Shown here piece after piece: positions 30,690 through 40,123 of a DNA stretch of 64,000 bases. Source of the DNA: Candidatus Poribacteria bacterium. GTDB lineage: Bacteria > Poribacteria > WGA-4E > JAJDTR01. Position numbers and translations under genes: made by a program. Each line of letters starts with the position of its first letter. Position 1 is the stretch's first letter. The notes under the pieces were generated by a model. That model was not told the DNA's origin and made no database searches. It worked only from the letters and a program-made list of their open reading frames with translations. The stretch is taken from assembly GCA_965222225.1 (NCBI GenBank), contig CBDCTK010000002.1, positions 4,000,001-4,064,000 of the forward strand, read 5' to 3'.

Positions 30690-31067
30690 TCAGCTTTCAT
30701 ATTCGACGACGACATCATCGCCGTCAATCTTCACCGGATAGGTCTTGACCCGAACGGTCGAATCCGTCAGACATTTTCCGGTGGCAATCTCGAAGGGCCA
30801 CTGATGCCATGGACAGCGCAAGACCTCTCCCAATCCATCGACAGCAATTTCCGCACTCTGAACGGAGGGCGGAGCCTCGGTGGCAACCCGACCGCTGAGT
30901 TCTCCCGTGCAGAGCGGTCCATGCTTGTGTGGACAGATGTTGCGAATCGCGTAGAATGAACCGTTGACGTTAAAGACGCCGATGCCCGCCCTGCCCCGAA
31001 ACGGCAAGACAATTTTGCGCTCGCCTATCGGAATCTCCGACACCTTGGCAACGACGACGTGCTCCAT
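30690..31067 (-). CDS. Rieske [2Fe-2S] ferredoxin
   Basis: CPH...CPWH ligand motifs. Confidence 0.92.
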   Translation of the reverse strand: MEHVVVAKVSEIPIGERKIVLPFRGRAGIGVFNVNGSFYAIRNICPHKHGPLCTGELSGRVATEAPPSVQSAEIAVDGLGEVLRCPWHQWPFEIATGKCLTDSTVRVKTYPVKIDGDDVVVEYES

Positions 31068-31073
31068 AGAAGG

Positions 31074-32237
31074 CTACCTCCCTTCTAGTCGCAGCATCTC
31101 AACCGCGTTGTCGGCGAAGATACGCCGATGCAGTTCTTCCGGGAGTTTGGGAAAGACTGTTACCGGGTCGTTCCAGTCAAAGTGAGGAAAGTCCGAGCAA
31201 TAGATGAGCGTCTCGTCCGCGTGCAGCATCTCCAACATTTGGTACAACTGCTCGGGCTTTTCCGGCTCGTGCATCGGCTGCGTGCCGACTCGGATATGGT
31301 CTCGGAAGTATTCGCTCGGCAGACGTTTAAGCCAAGGCGTCTGATCACGCAGCCCTTTCCAGTCGGAATCCATGTGCCACATGACGGGCACCGCCCAGAA
31401 CTGCTGGACTTCGATGAGGGCAAACTTGAACTTCGGAAACTTTTCGAACACGCCCTCGCAAATCAGCGAAGCCGCGTGAGCGCTGGCGGCGTATGGTCGG
31501 CTCATTCGGGATTCCATGTAGTAGGTGGGATAGCCGACCGGGGTCGGGGTTGTTCTAGTGGCGCCTCCGCCGCCGCCGACGTGCGAAATTGCGGGCAGCC
31601 CGTGGCGTTCACACGCCTCCCAGATGGGGTGATAAAAACGATTGCCGTAGGGCATGCTCGTACCCAACGGCACCATCACGGCGGCGGTGTCCGCCCGATC
31701 TCCCAATCTATCAATCTCCTCGGCAGCTTGGGCGGGATCCGACGGTGACACCAGAATAGCGTTGACCACACGCTCGTCACGCTCAAGCCAATGCTCGATT
31801 GTCCAATCGTTGAACGCCCGACACAACGCGGCAGCCCAATCCTGATCGGGCAGCCCTGAGTAGCCGTAGAAGGGCGGGGGACCGGTGAGCAGCGCAACGT
31901 CAATATTCCAGCGGTCAAGGTGTTCCTCTTGCAGAAACTCCAGCTTGAAATTGAAATCCCGCGGATCGCCGCCGGAGAACTCCTCCTCGGCGAAATCGCT
32001 CTTGGGGATGCGTCCCTTCAGATCCGTGCGAACGCGCCGAATCGGGACATTGGCATAGGTGCCGAGGTGCAGCCCCTGATCCAGGAGGTGTTCCTGATAG
32101 AATGTCGACAGGTACGGCAACAGTTGGCGAGGATCTCGAAAGTTGTGATGCACATCGCAGTCGACAATCGCAACGCCATCCTTGGGTTTAGCGGTCCAAC
32201 CCGGCGCGGCAATCGGTGCGGCTCCTGCTTGACTCAT
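31074..32237 (-). CDS. Amidohydrolase_2-fold metalloenzyme (possible dinuclear oxygenase)
   Basis: DCDVHH, AFNDW, SHVGG, FALIE and SDFPHFD motifs. Confidence 0.88.
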   Translation of the reverse strand: MSQAGAAPIAAPGWTAKPKDGVAIVDCDVHHNFRDPRQLLPYLSTFYQEHLLDQGLHLGTYANVPIRRVRTDLKGRIPKSDFAEEEFSGGDPRDFNFKLEFLQEEHLDRWNIDVALLTGPPPFYGYSGLPDQDWAAALCRAFNDWTIEHWLERDERVVNAILVSPSDPAQAAEEIDRLGDRADTAAVMVPLGTSMPYGNRFYHPIWEACERHGLPAISHVGGGGGATRTTPTPVGYPTYYMESRMSRPYAASAHAASLICEGVFEKFPKFKFALIEVQQFWAVPVMWHMDSDWKGLRDQTPWLKRLPSEYFRDHIRVGTQPMHEPEKPEQLYQMLEMLHADETLIYCSDFPHFDWNDPVTVFPKLPEELHRRIFADNAVEMLRLEGR

Positions 32238-32652
32238 CTTATTGCCCTTTATACTTAAAATGATTAGGTCCTGTTAACATATATCTGAGGCGGCGCTGTA
32301 ATTCGCCGAGAAATACCTAATTGTAGGGGCGAGGAGGGGATCTCTATGGGAGTTCTATCGCAGTCATTATTCATTCCTTTGATCCTTCCTTATCCAGTCA
32401 GTTGATCCTCGCCCCTACGATATACGGTCACGTAACACGCCGGTTATTTGCGATTATACCAAATCGTCTCGACGCGCATCAGGGCGAAGACTCTCGGAAC
32501 GGAGATGGGTTCAATTTGTCAAATGTCAACACGCGCTAGTACATTATGTAGGGTACGATCAACCGAGTGAGTAACGAGGGCGATAGAGGTTCTCTCCCTG
32601 TCGCGAGTAAAACTCGCTCCTACAGAAGATTGCTTAAGTTCTACTCTGCAAA

Positions 32653-32782
32653 TTACGGCGTCCACGCTCGCGGCGCGATACCTTCAACGTGTGTCTTCAT
32701 ATCAATGACCGCCGGCCTACCCGCGGCAAACGCCTGATCCAGCGCCCCCGCAAACTCGCTCGGTTTGTTGACCGTAATCCCG
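32653..32782 (-). pseudogene. Diverged duplicate of the last 130 bp of the ThDP enzyme gene (33655-33784)
   Basis: GITVNKPSEFAGALDQAFAAGRPAVIDMKTHVEGIAPRAWTP* versus ...GKPAVVDVKTHVEGIAPQAWTP*. About 14 mismatches by eye, no gaps. Confidence 0.85.
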
Positions 32783-32798
32783 TTACAACAATCGTACA

Positions 32799-33188
32799 TT
32801 AGAACGGGATCAAGCGGCAAACCCAAAGCCCCAGAACTAAAGCGAACACACTCCCCGCAAGGCAATTTCGGATGGGTGCCGGGATTTTCAGCCAAGCCTT
32901 CGGAAGTTTCCTCGGAAAGCATAAGGTGCCAATGGCTAACGGGACAATAAGATACGAAAACGGATGATAGCCCCAAGCCGTGGAAAATCTACCTTGCGCG
33001 AGAGAAACACAGGCGCGAGTCATACCGCAGCCGGGACACGGTATGTCCGTTACGAGGCGAAATGGACATGGCATCAGTGAAAGCTTGCCAATCGATAACC
33101 CTGACCATGCCGCGTAAATACCGACAAAGACAAGCCCAATCAGGAAAACTCGCGCAAGATGTACGTGATTAAAAGTCGGAGTGCTCAC
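32799..33188 (-). CDS. DUF2752-like membrane protein (start uncertain)
   Basis: CPF..VT.IPCPGCGMTRA...A...HP motif plus transmembrane segments. Confidence 0.8.
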   Translation of the reverse strand: MSTPTFNHVHLARVFLIGLVFVGIYAAWSGLSIGKLSLMPCPFRLVTDIPCPGCGMTRACVSLAQGRFSTAWGYHPFSYLIVPLAIGTLCFPRKLPKAWLKIPAPIRNCLAGSVFALVLGLWVCRLIPF

Positions 33189-33441
33189 CGTAGGATTTGT
33201 TGATTTCCGCTTGTTGGATTGCCAGAGATGCGATACCGATACCAAAAATCGCGAGCAAGACGCAGATAACTGCTAAATTATTGGCGACGCGCCAATCGTT
33301 GTTATGCTGAATCTCGTTGACCCCACTCGCCATTTTGTATTCGTAGTAAATGCCAAAGATACCGCACGTCAGAATGCTAAAAATTATCCCGAGTGCGATG
33401 CTTCTCACAGCGTCATTCATTGGATACGGATCGTCGCGCAT
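33169..33441 (-). CDS. DUF4234-like small membrane protein
   Basis: RSIALGIIFSILTCGIFGIYY.YK...QQAEIN pattern. Confidence 0.75.
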   Translation of the reverse strand: MRDDPYPMNDAVRSIALGIIFSILTCGIFGIYYEYKMASGVNEIQHNNDWRVANNLAVICVLLAIFGIGIASLAIQQAEINKSYGEHSDF

Positions 33442-33654
33442 AATGGAACTTTTTCCATAAGGATACTTAGGAAACCGGAGTTGCCATCAATCAGAAATTT
33501 CGGGATCTGAGTTTTTGTCTATTAATCCCGCTTACGGGTCGGGCTAGAAGCCCGACCTACCGGGGTGGGTCGCAACTTGGGTTAGGTATGGTCGCTAAAT
33601 AATGTCAACGGCAAAGGATTCACGCCATGTCGAACAACCATCTCAAACATTTCA

Positions 33655-35325
33655 CTAGGGTGTCCAAGCCTGCGGCGCGATACCCTCAACGTGTGTCTTC
33701 ACATCAACGACCGCCGGTTTACCCGCGGCAAACGCCTGATCCAGCGCCCCTGCAAATTCGCTCGGTTTGTTGACTGTAATCCCGAAACAGCCCATCGATT
33801 CGGCGATCTTGGCGAAATCGGCGTCGGGGAAGAGCCACAGCTCGTCCGAACCCGCCGTTCGTCCGCCGTAGACAGATTCAACGCCTCCCTGCTCCTGATT
33901 GAGCGAATGATTATTGTTCACCAGAATGACTGCATTGATCTGGGATTTCACAGCGGTATCCAATTCCGAGATGTGGTACCAAATCCCGCCGTCGCCGGTG
34001 AAGCAGAGCACCGGTCTATCCGGCGCGGCACACTTGGCGCCCATCGCGGCGGGCAGCCCCCAACCCAGCGATCCCGAACAACGGATGAAGGTCTGATCGG
34101 GGTGTTTGAGGTCGAGCATGGTGCCCGTCCAAATACCCGAGTGCCCCGTATCGGAGACGAGAATCACGTCGGAAGGCAGATAGTCGCTCAATTCGCGGCA
34201 CAAGCGTTCCGGACGCATCGGCAGCACCTGGGAATTGACTTTGTCGCTAACGCTCGCTTTCCACGCCCGCACTAATTCCTGTACTCGGTTGACCCATGCG
34301 GTTCGCGGCTCACTCGTTTCCGAATGCTCAATCATTCGGCGCAGCGAATCCCTCACATCCCCTTGGAGTCCGACCTTGATTGGATAGTTGCGTCCCAGTT
34401 CCTCTGCGTTGATATCAAGCTGAATTGCCGGCGTCCCTTGAGGTGGAATCGTGTAACCGTTGGTCACTTGTCCGCCGGTGTGGCTGCCGATGAAGAACAC
34501 AAGGTCGGTTTCGCATAGGGCTTGGTTGGCGCAGTCGCGAGAGTAGGAGCCGGGCACGCCCACCGCCAATGGGTGATCGTGCGGGAACATCGCTTTGGCA
34601 TTTAGCGCCGTGGCTACCGGGATGGACAGCTTTTCGGCGAATGCGATGAGTTCGGCTCGGGCTCCCGAAGCGGTCACGCCGCCGCCAGCTACGATGATGG
34701 GTCGCTCGGCTTCGTTCAGAAGCTGAAGTGCCGCCGTCACCTTCTCTACCTCAGCTTCCGGTCGGAAAGGCGGGAGCTGCGAGAACATATCCTCAATCAC
34801 AACATCCAAGTCCGCCTCGTGATCTATGACCACCTGCCCCGCGAGTCCCTCCAGATCCAGATGCGTCGGTCCCGGAGTGCCCGAGGTAGCCGAACGGAAG
34901 GCTTGTCGCAGATAGATTGGGAGTTGCTCCGTTGAATTGACAAGAGCGCTGTATTTGGTCACCGCGGAGAAAGGACTCGCATGATTCACTTCCTGATACG
35001 CGTGGCGAAGCTGGCTAATCTGGCTCTCGCGCCCGGTGATGGCAATGACCGGCGAGCACGCCAGATAGGCGTCTTGCAACCCGGCTGCGAGATTGACCGC
35101 GCCCACGGACTGAGACATGCAGAGACTGGGACCGCGCTTCACGCGGGCATAGGCGTCCGCCATGTATGCCGCTCCCTTCTCCCCGTGCGTCTGCACGCGC
35201 TTAATCCCCAACTTCTCCATTTCCATCAACGCTCTGGGACCGATATAGGGCATAAAAAAGACATGGGTAATCCCATATCCGTGGACGGTATCTGCGAGGA
35301 ACTTCGCTCCTGTCATTTTGGGCAT
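33655..35325 (-). CDS. ThDP-dependent enzyme, acetolactate synthase-like
   Basis: GEKGAAYMADAYAR, GPTHLDL and the ThDP motif GDGG...NN. Confidence 0.92.
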   Translation of the reverse strand: MPKMTGAKFLADTVHGYGITHVFFMPYIGPRALMEMEKLGIKRVQTHGEKGAAYMADAYARVKRGPSLCMSQSVGAVNLAAGLQDAYLACSPVIAITGRESQISQLRHAYQEVNHASPFSAVTKYSALVNSTEQLPIYLRQAFRSATSGTPGPTHLDLEGLAGQVVIDHEADLDVVIEDMFSQLPPFRPEAEVEKVTAALQLLNEAERPIIVAGGGVTASGARAELIAFAEKLSIPVATALNAKAMFPHDHPLAVGVPGSYSRDCANQALCETDLVFFIGSHTGGQVTNGYTIPPQGTPAIQLDINAEELGRNYPIKVGLQGDVRDSLRRMIEHSETSEPRTAWVNRVQELVRAWKASVSDKVNSQVLPMRPERLCRELSDYLPSDVILVSDTGHSGIWTGTMLDLKHPDQTFIRCSGSLGWGLPAAMGAKCAAPDRPVLCFTGDGGIWYHISELDTAVKSQINAVILVNNNHSLNQEQGGVESVYGGRTAGSDELWLFPDADFAKIAESMGCFGITVNKPSEFAGALDQAFAAGKPAVVDVKTHVEGIAPQAWTP

Positions 35326-35813
35326 GGTGTGGTTTCCTTCTGTGATTTCGGGATTGAATTATTTCCGGATGCAAGTACGTTTGAAGGCAAGCGTGGAAGC
35401 AAAACTCCGACGGCATGAGAAACATTATAGCCCGATTCCCCGACTAAGGCAAGCGATTTCTGTGATTTCGCGCTTTTCGTTGGAGGTGGAAGAATGGAAG
35501 GCTAGAAGGAGGGAAGGAAGAAACCGATCAAGCGAGCGATTAGAGAGTGCGGTAGAGATTCTACCAGCCTTTAAATGCCACAGAGTGGGATTAAGTGAGG
35601 AGTAGCAATCAATGAAACGGATAGTGACAGGAATTTCTATGGGAGCCCTATCGCACTGACTATGAGATCTTCTATCGCCTTCGCTATTCACTCAGTTGAT
35701 CGATAGGGATTCCTTTTCAAGAAAAAACTCGGTTTCTAGGGGAAATCAGCGATTTTATGATCGCAGATCTTCTGCCATCAGGTACGATTGTCTTGGAGTT
35801 GTGGAGGCCACAT

Positions 35814-35842
35814 TTGACTCTAGCCGTAGATTCAGGTAAAAT
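35814..35842 (+). promoter_or_regulatory. Sigma70 promoter for hsdR
   Basis: TTGACT-17 nt-TAAAAT. Confidence 0.55.
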
Positions 35843-35913
35843 AACCTATAGAGTCAAGAATTTATGCGTCCGATAACGAACGGTAATTTCACTTTCCCGC
35901 AGATAACGAAGAC

Positions 35914-38667
35914 ATGACACCCGAGCAAAAAGCGCGGCAAAACATCGACCAATTACTCACGGCAGCGGGCTGGACGATTCAGCACCGCGAACAGATGAAC
36001 CTTGGCGCATCGCAAGGCGTGGCGGTACGCGAGTTTCAGATGGCGTCCGGTCCCGCGGACTACCTGCTATTCATCGACAGAAAAGCTGCCGGAGCGGTCG
36101 AAGCCAAACCCGAAGGCACCACCCTCGGCGGCGTCTCCGAACAAACCGAGCGATACCTCACCGGGATTCCGGCGAACCTTCCATGCCATCAACGCCCTCT
36201 GCCGTTTGGCTATGAAAGCACCGGGGTTGAAACCTTCTTCCGTGATTTGCGCGAACCGGATTCCCGCTCCCGCCGCGTTTTCGCTTTCAACAGACCGGAA
36301 ACCTTCGCGCGGTGGATTGCACAGGGGCGCACCTTGCGGCACCATCTCAAAGAATTGCCGGCGTTGGATGTGCATGGACTGCGAAACTGCCAAATCGAAG
36401 CCATTGAGAACCTGGAGCGGTCGTTTGTCGACAATCGACCTCGCGCGCTAATCCAGATGGCAACCGGCAGCGGGAAAACGTACACCGCCGTGAGTTTCGC
36501 CTATCGGCTCGTCAAGTTCGCAAGAGCCAACAGGATACTGTTTCTCGTTGATCGCAGCAATCTTGGAAGGCAGACGCTAAAAGAATTTCAGCAGTATACC
36601 ACACCGGACGACGGTAGGAAATTCACGAAACTTTACAACGTGCAACATCTCGCCGCCAACCGGATTGACGAGGTGAGTAAGGTCTGTATCACTACGATTC
36701 AGCGGCTGTATTCGATGCTGAAAGGAGAGCCGGATGTGGATGAGCAGATCGAGGGGCGTTCGTTGTACGACCTTGGATTGGCGAATCAAGCCGCCGAGGT
36801 GGAATACAACCCCGCCATCCCCATCTCGACGTTTGATTTCATCATCACCGACGAGTGCCATCGCTCGATCTACAACCGCTGGCGGCCAGTGCTGGAATAC
36901 TTTGACGCTTTTATCGTGGGTCTCACCGCTACGCCGTCAAAGCAGACGCTCGGATTCTTCGATCAGAATTTGGTCACGGAGTATAGCCACGAGCGCGCGG
37001 TTACCGATGGCGTCAACGTCGGGTATGAGGTGTACCGCATCAAGACAGAGATTACGGAGCGGGGCGACGTCGTCGAAGCTGGCTTTTACGTTGACAAACT
37101 GGACAAACGTACCCGCGCAACTCGATTGGAACAGCTTGATGAGGACATGGAATACGGCGCGAATCAGCTTGACCGCGCTGTGGTGGCGCCCGACCAGATT
37201 CGCACCGTGATTCGAACATTTCGAGAGAATCTGTTTACGCAGATTTTTCCCGGCAGAACTGATGTGCCCAAAACGCTAATCTTCGCCAAGGACGACTCGC
37301 ACGCCGAGGACATCATGCGCATCGTCCGCGAAGAATTCGCGCGGGGCAACGAGTTCTGCAAGAAGATTACTTACCAGACAACCGGCGAGAGACCGGAAGA
37401 TTTGCTCGCCAGCTTCCGAAACTCCTACAATCCGCGCATCGCGGTTACGGTGGACATGGTGGCTACCGGGACGGATATCAAGCCGCTGGAGTGCATTATC
37501 TTCATGCGAAACATCAGATCAGCGGTCTACTTTGAGCAGATGAAGGGCAGAGGCACCCGCACGATATCGTCAACAGATTTGCGGGCGGTCACACCTGACA
37601 CCGCTCATAAAACCCATTTCGTGATTGTCGATGCGGTCGGCGTTTGCGAGAATGACAAAACCGATTCCCGACCGTTTGAGCGGAAACGCAGTGTGCCGCT
37701 TGATAAACTGCTTGAATCCGTCGCGCTCGGTGCCCGAGATTCCGATACCCTGACGACGTTGGCGAGCAGGCTGGCGCGTCTGGACCGCCAGATCGAAGGT
37801 GATGCGCGGCATCAGATTGCCGAAGTGTCGGGAGGCGTCTCCCTGCGCGATATGATTCAAAACTTATTTGAGGCAACCAATCCGGACGAACAGCCTGAAG
37901 ACGGGCAACCCCTTATATTGACGGAATCGACCGAGGAATACCTAACGCCGGAGTTGATTCGGGAGAGGATGGATCAACTCGTTACCGAGGCGTGCAAACC
38001 TTTCGACAATCCCGAATTGCGTAACACCCTCGTTGAACTGAGAAGGCAACACGAGCAGACGATTGACATCGTAAGCCAAGACAGCGTCATCTCCTCGGAA
38101 TTTGACGAAGCGGCTAAGGAGCGAGCGGAGCGCCTCGTGAACGGCTTCAAGCAGTTTATTGAAGACAACAGAGACGAGTTGACAGCGATTCAGCTTATCT
38201 ACAGCAAACCCTACGGACAGCGCAATCTCACCTATCAGCAGGTTAAGGAGCTTGCCGATGCCATCGAAAGACCGCCGTACCAACTCACGCAAGAGAAATT
38301 GTGGCAGGCTTACCAACAGTTGGAACAATCGAAAGTCAAGGGGGCGGGAGCGCAAAAACTATTGACCGACATCATATCGTTGGTGCGTTTTGCGATTGAG
38401 GAGACTCAGACGCTTGAACCTTACAGAGAATCCGTAAATCGGCGGTTTCGGGGATGGCTCGCCGATCAGGAAAGGCAGTTTTCGGCGGAACAGATGGCGT
38501 GGCTGGAGATGATTAAAGACCATATTGCCACGTCGCTAAATATTGAAATGGAAGATTTTGCGGAAATACCGTTTCAGGCAAAGGGCGGGGCGATTAGGGT
38601 GCATCAGTTGTTTGGCGAGGAGTTGACCCAGATCCTGGCGGAGCTGAATGAACGGCTGGCAGCGTAA
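35914..38667 (+). CDS. hsdR: Type I restriction enzyme R subunit (EcoEI-like)
   Basis: Nuclease motif ADY...VEAK, Walker A MATGSGKT, DECH, TAT and QMKGRGTR. Confidence 0.95.
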   Translation: MTPEQKARQNIDQLLTAAGWTIQHREQMNLGASQGVAVREFQMASGPADYLLFIDRKAAGAVEAKPEGTTLGGVSEQTERYLTGIPANLPCHQRPLPFGYESTGVETFFRDLREPDSRSRRVFAFNRPETFARWIAQGRTLRHHLKELPALDVHGLRNCQIEAIENLERSFVDNRPRALIQMATGSGKTYTAVSFAYRLVKFARANRILFLVDRSNLGRQTLKEFQQYTTPDDGRKFTKLYNVQHLAANRIDEVSKVCITTIQRLYSMLKGEPDVDEQIEGRSLYDLGLANQAAEVEYNPAIPISTFDFIITDECHRSIYNRWRPVLEYFDAFIVGLTATPSKQTLGFFDQNLVTEYSHERAVTDGVNVGYEVYRIKTEITERGDVVEAGFYVDKLDKRTRATRLEQLDEDMEYGANQLDRAVVAPDQIRTVIRTFRENLFTQIFPGRTDVPKTLIFAKDDSHAEDIMRIVREEFARGNEFCKKITYQTTGERPEDLLASFRNSYNPRIAVTVDMVATGTDIKPLECIIFMRNIRSAVYFEQMKGRGTRTISSTDLRAVTPDTAHKTHFVIVDAVGVCENDKTDSRPFERKRSVPLDKLLESVALGARDSDTLTTLASRLARLDRQIEGDARHQIAEVSGGVSLRDMIQNLFEATNPDEQPEDGQPLILTESTEEYLTPELIRERMDQLVTEACKPFDNPELRNTLVELRRQHEQTIDIVSQDSVISSEFDEAAKERAERLVNGFKQFIEDNRDELTAIQLIYSKPYGQRNLTYQQVKELADAIERPPYQLTQEKLWQAYQQLEQSKVKGAGAQKLLTDIISLVRFAIEETQTLEPYRESVNRRFRGWLADQERQFSAEQMAWLEMIKDHIATSLNIEMEDFAEIPFQAKGGAIRVHQLFGEELTQILAELNERLAA

Positions 38668-38841
38668 GGTATATGCTTTATCTCTTTTACTAAGAATCGA
38701 TGGTTTAGACCAAAGCCGATTTCACGGATGCAACTTATTTCAGAGTTTGGCATCTATGTCTGATCTGATATCTCGCATTGGCGCAAATTCACAGCTCACG
38801 TTACTAACATCGTATCTTATTGACAATCACCTAAAAATAAC

Positions 38842-38919
38842 TTGACAAAACGTTAATAGCGTTGCATCTTATTAACGTTAATATCAAAGAACGTTAATTA
38901 CGCTGTACTTTATTAACGT
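38842..38919 (+). promoter_or_regulatory. TTGACA followed by two tandem palindromic operators upstream of fic
   Basis: AACGTTAATA-N11-TATTAACGTT (38849-38879) is repeated 41 bp later as ACGTTAAT-N13-ATTAACGT (38891-38919). Confidence 0.7.
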
Positions 38920-38932
38920 AATTTCATTTAAA

Positions 38933-40123
38933 ATGAATCCTGAAGACTTCAAGAATTCAACTGCCGGTCAATGCATGCGCACGATACGTGAGCCAGCCTA
39001 TTGGGCTTATGTGCCACATCCGCTTCCGCCGAAGATTGAAGTGGATTGGGAGTTGGCGAATCTTTTATCAACAGCAGGCACCAAACTTGGCGAGTTGTCC
39101 GGTGCGGGCCAACTGCTTCCAAATCCGCATCTGTTGATTAGACCGTTTATCCGGCGTGAAGCCGTGATGAGTTCGAGAATTGAAAACACCCAATCCGGCT
39201 TGGATGATCTTTTTCTGTTTGAGGCAGATGACGGGGAACCGCCCTCTGGGTCCGATGTGAATGAGATTATCAACTACGTTAGAGCCATGGAATACGGCGT
39301 CAAACGATTAGCGAAGTTGCCGATCAGTTCACGACTGATCTGTGAAATACACGGAATTCTCATGGACGGAGTGCGGGGCGACTCTGCAACGCCGGGGGAG
39401 ATGCGGAGGAGCCAAAACTGGATCGGTAGCCCCGGGTGCACGTTGATGGATGCCGCCTATGTTCCTCCGCCGCTCCCCGAGATGAAAGAATGTTTATCAG
39501 ACTTGGAAAAATACATCAATTCCGACGCAAGAGAGCCAGCTTTGATTCAATGTGCCCTGGTTCATTATCAGTTTGAGGCGATTCACCCGTTTGTCGATGG
39601 CAACGGAAGGATTGGCAGGCTTTTGATAACGTTTATGCTATTGGAAAGGAAACTGCTCTCGCAGCCTCTTCTTTATCTTTCCGATTTCTTCGAACAACAC
39701 AGAGATGAATATTATAGATTGCTGTTGACTGTAAGCCAAAAAGGCGACTGGAAAGCGTGGCTTACGTTTTTCCTAAACGGGGTGCGTCAACAGTCGGAAG
39801 ATGCCCTTGCGACGATTCAAAAATTGCTTGACCTGCAGAAACAATACAGGGAGGTTGCAACCGGTCAAAGAGTGCCGAAGATTGTAAATCGCTTGATCGA
39901 CCATCTGTTTACCGGTCCTATTGTCTCAATTTCACAGTTGTCGAAGACGTGGAAGATGCCGTTTCCCACGGTTAAACGGGGAGTGGATTACCTTATCGAA
40001 AAAGGCATACTTGTGGAAATAACCGGGAGGCAGCGAAATCGCCTGTTTGTTGCGAATGAAATATTCAATACAATCATGACAGAACGAACAAAATCAATGA
40101 ACCCGGGGAAACAGGTAACATGA
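38933..40123 (+). CDS. Fic family protein with C-terminal HTH
   Basis: Catalytic HPFVDGNGRIGR, inhibitory SSRIEN motif and a winged-HTH-like C-terminus. Confidence 0.93.
   Translation: MNPEDFKNSTAGQCMRTIREPAYWAYVPHPLPPKIEVDWELANLLSTAGTKLGELSGAGQLLPNPHLLIRPFIRREAVMSSRIENTQSGLDDLFLFEADDGEPPSGSDVNEIINYVRAMEYGVKRLAKLPISSRLICEIHGILMDGVRGDSATPGEMRRSQNWIGSPGCTLMDAAYVPPPLPEMKECLSDLEKYINSDAREPALIQCALVHYQFEAIHPFVDGNGRIGRLLITFMLLERKLLSQPLLYLSDFFEQHRDEYYRLLLTVSQKGDWKAWLTFFLNGVRQQSEDALATIQKLLDLQKQYREVATGQRVPKIVNRLIDHLFTGPIVSISQLSKTWKMPFPTVKRGVDYLIEKGILVEITGRQRNRLFVANEIFNTIMTERTKSMNPGKQVT

Noticed and set aside
32653-32976. 107-aa ORF as a real gene
   Set aside because: It is a chimeric frame: an off-frame part of the DUF2752 gene joined to the duplicated ThDP-enzyme tail.
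32653-33784. DGR template/variable repeat pair
   Set aside because: Mismatches are not adenine-specific in one direction and many are synonymous. There is no reverse transcriptase in the window.
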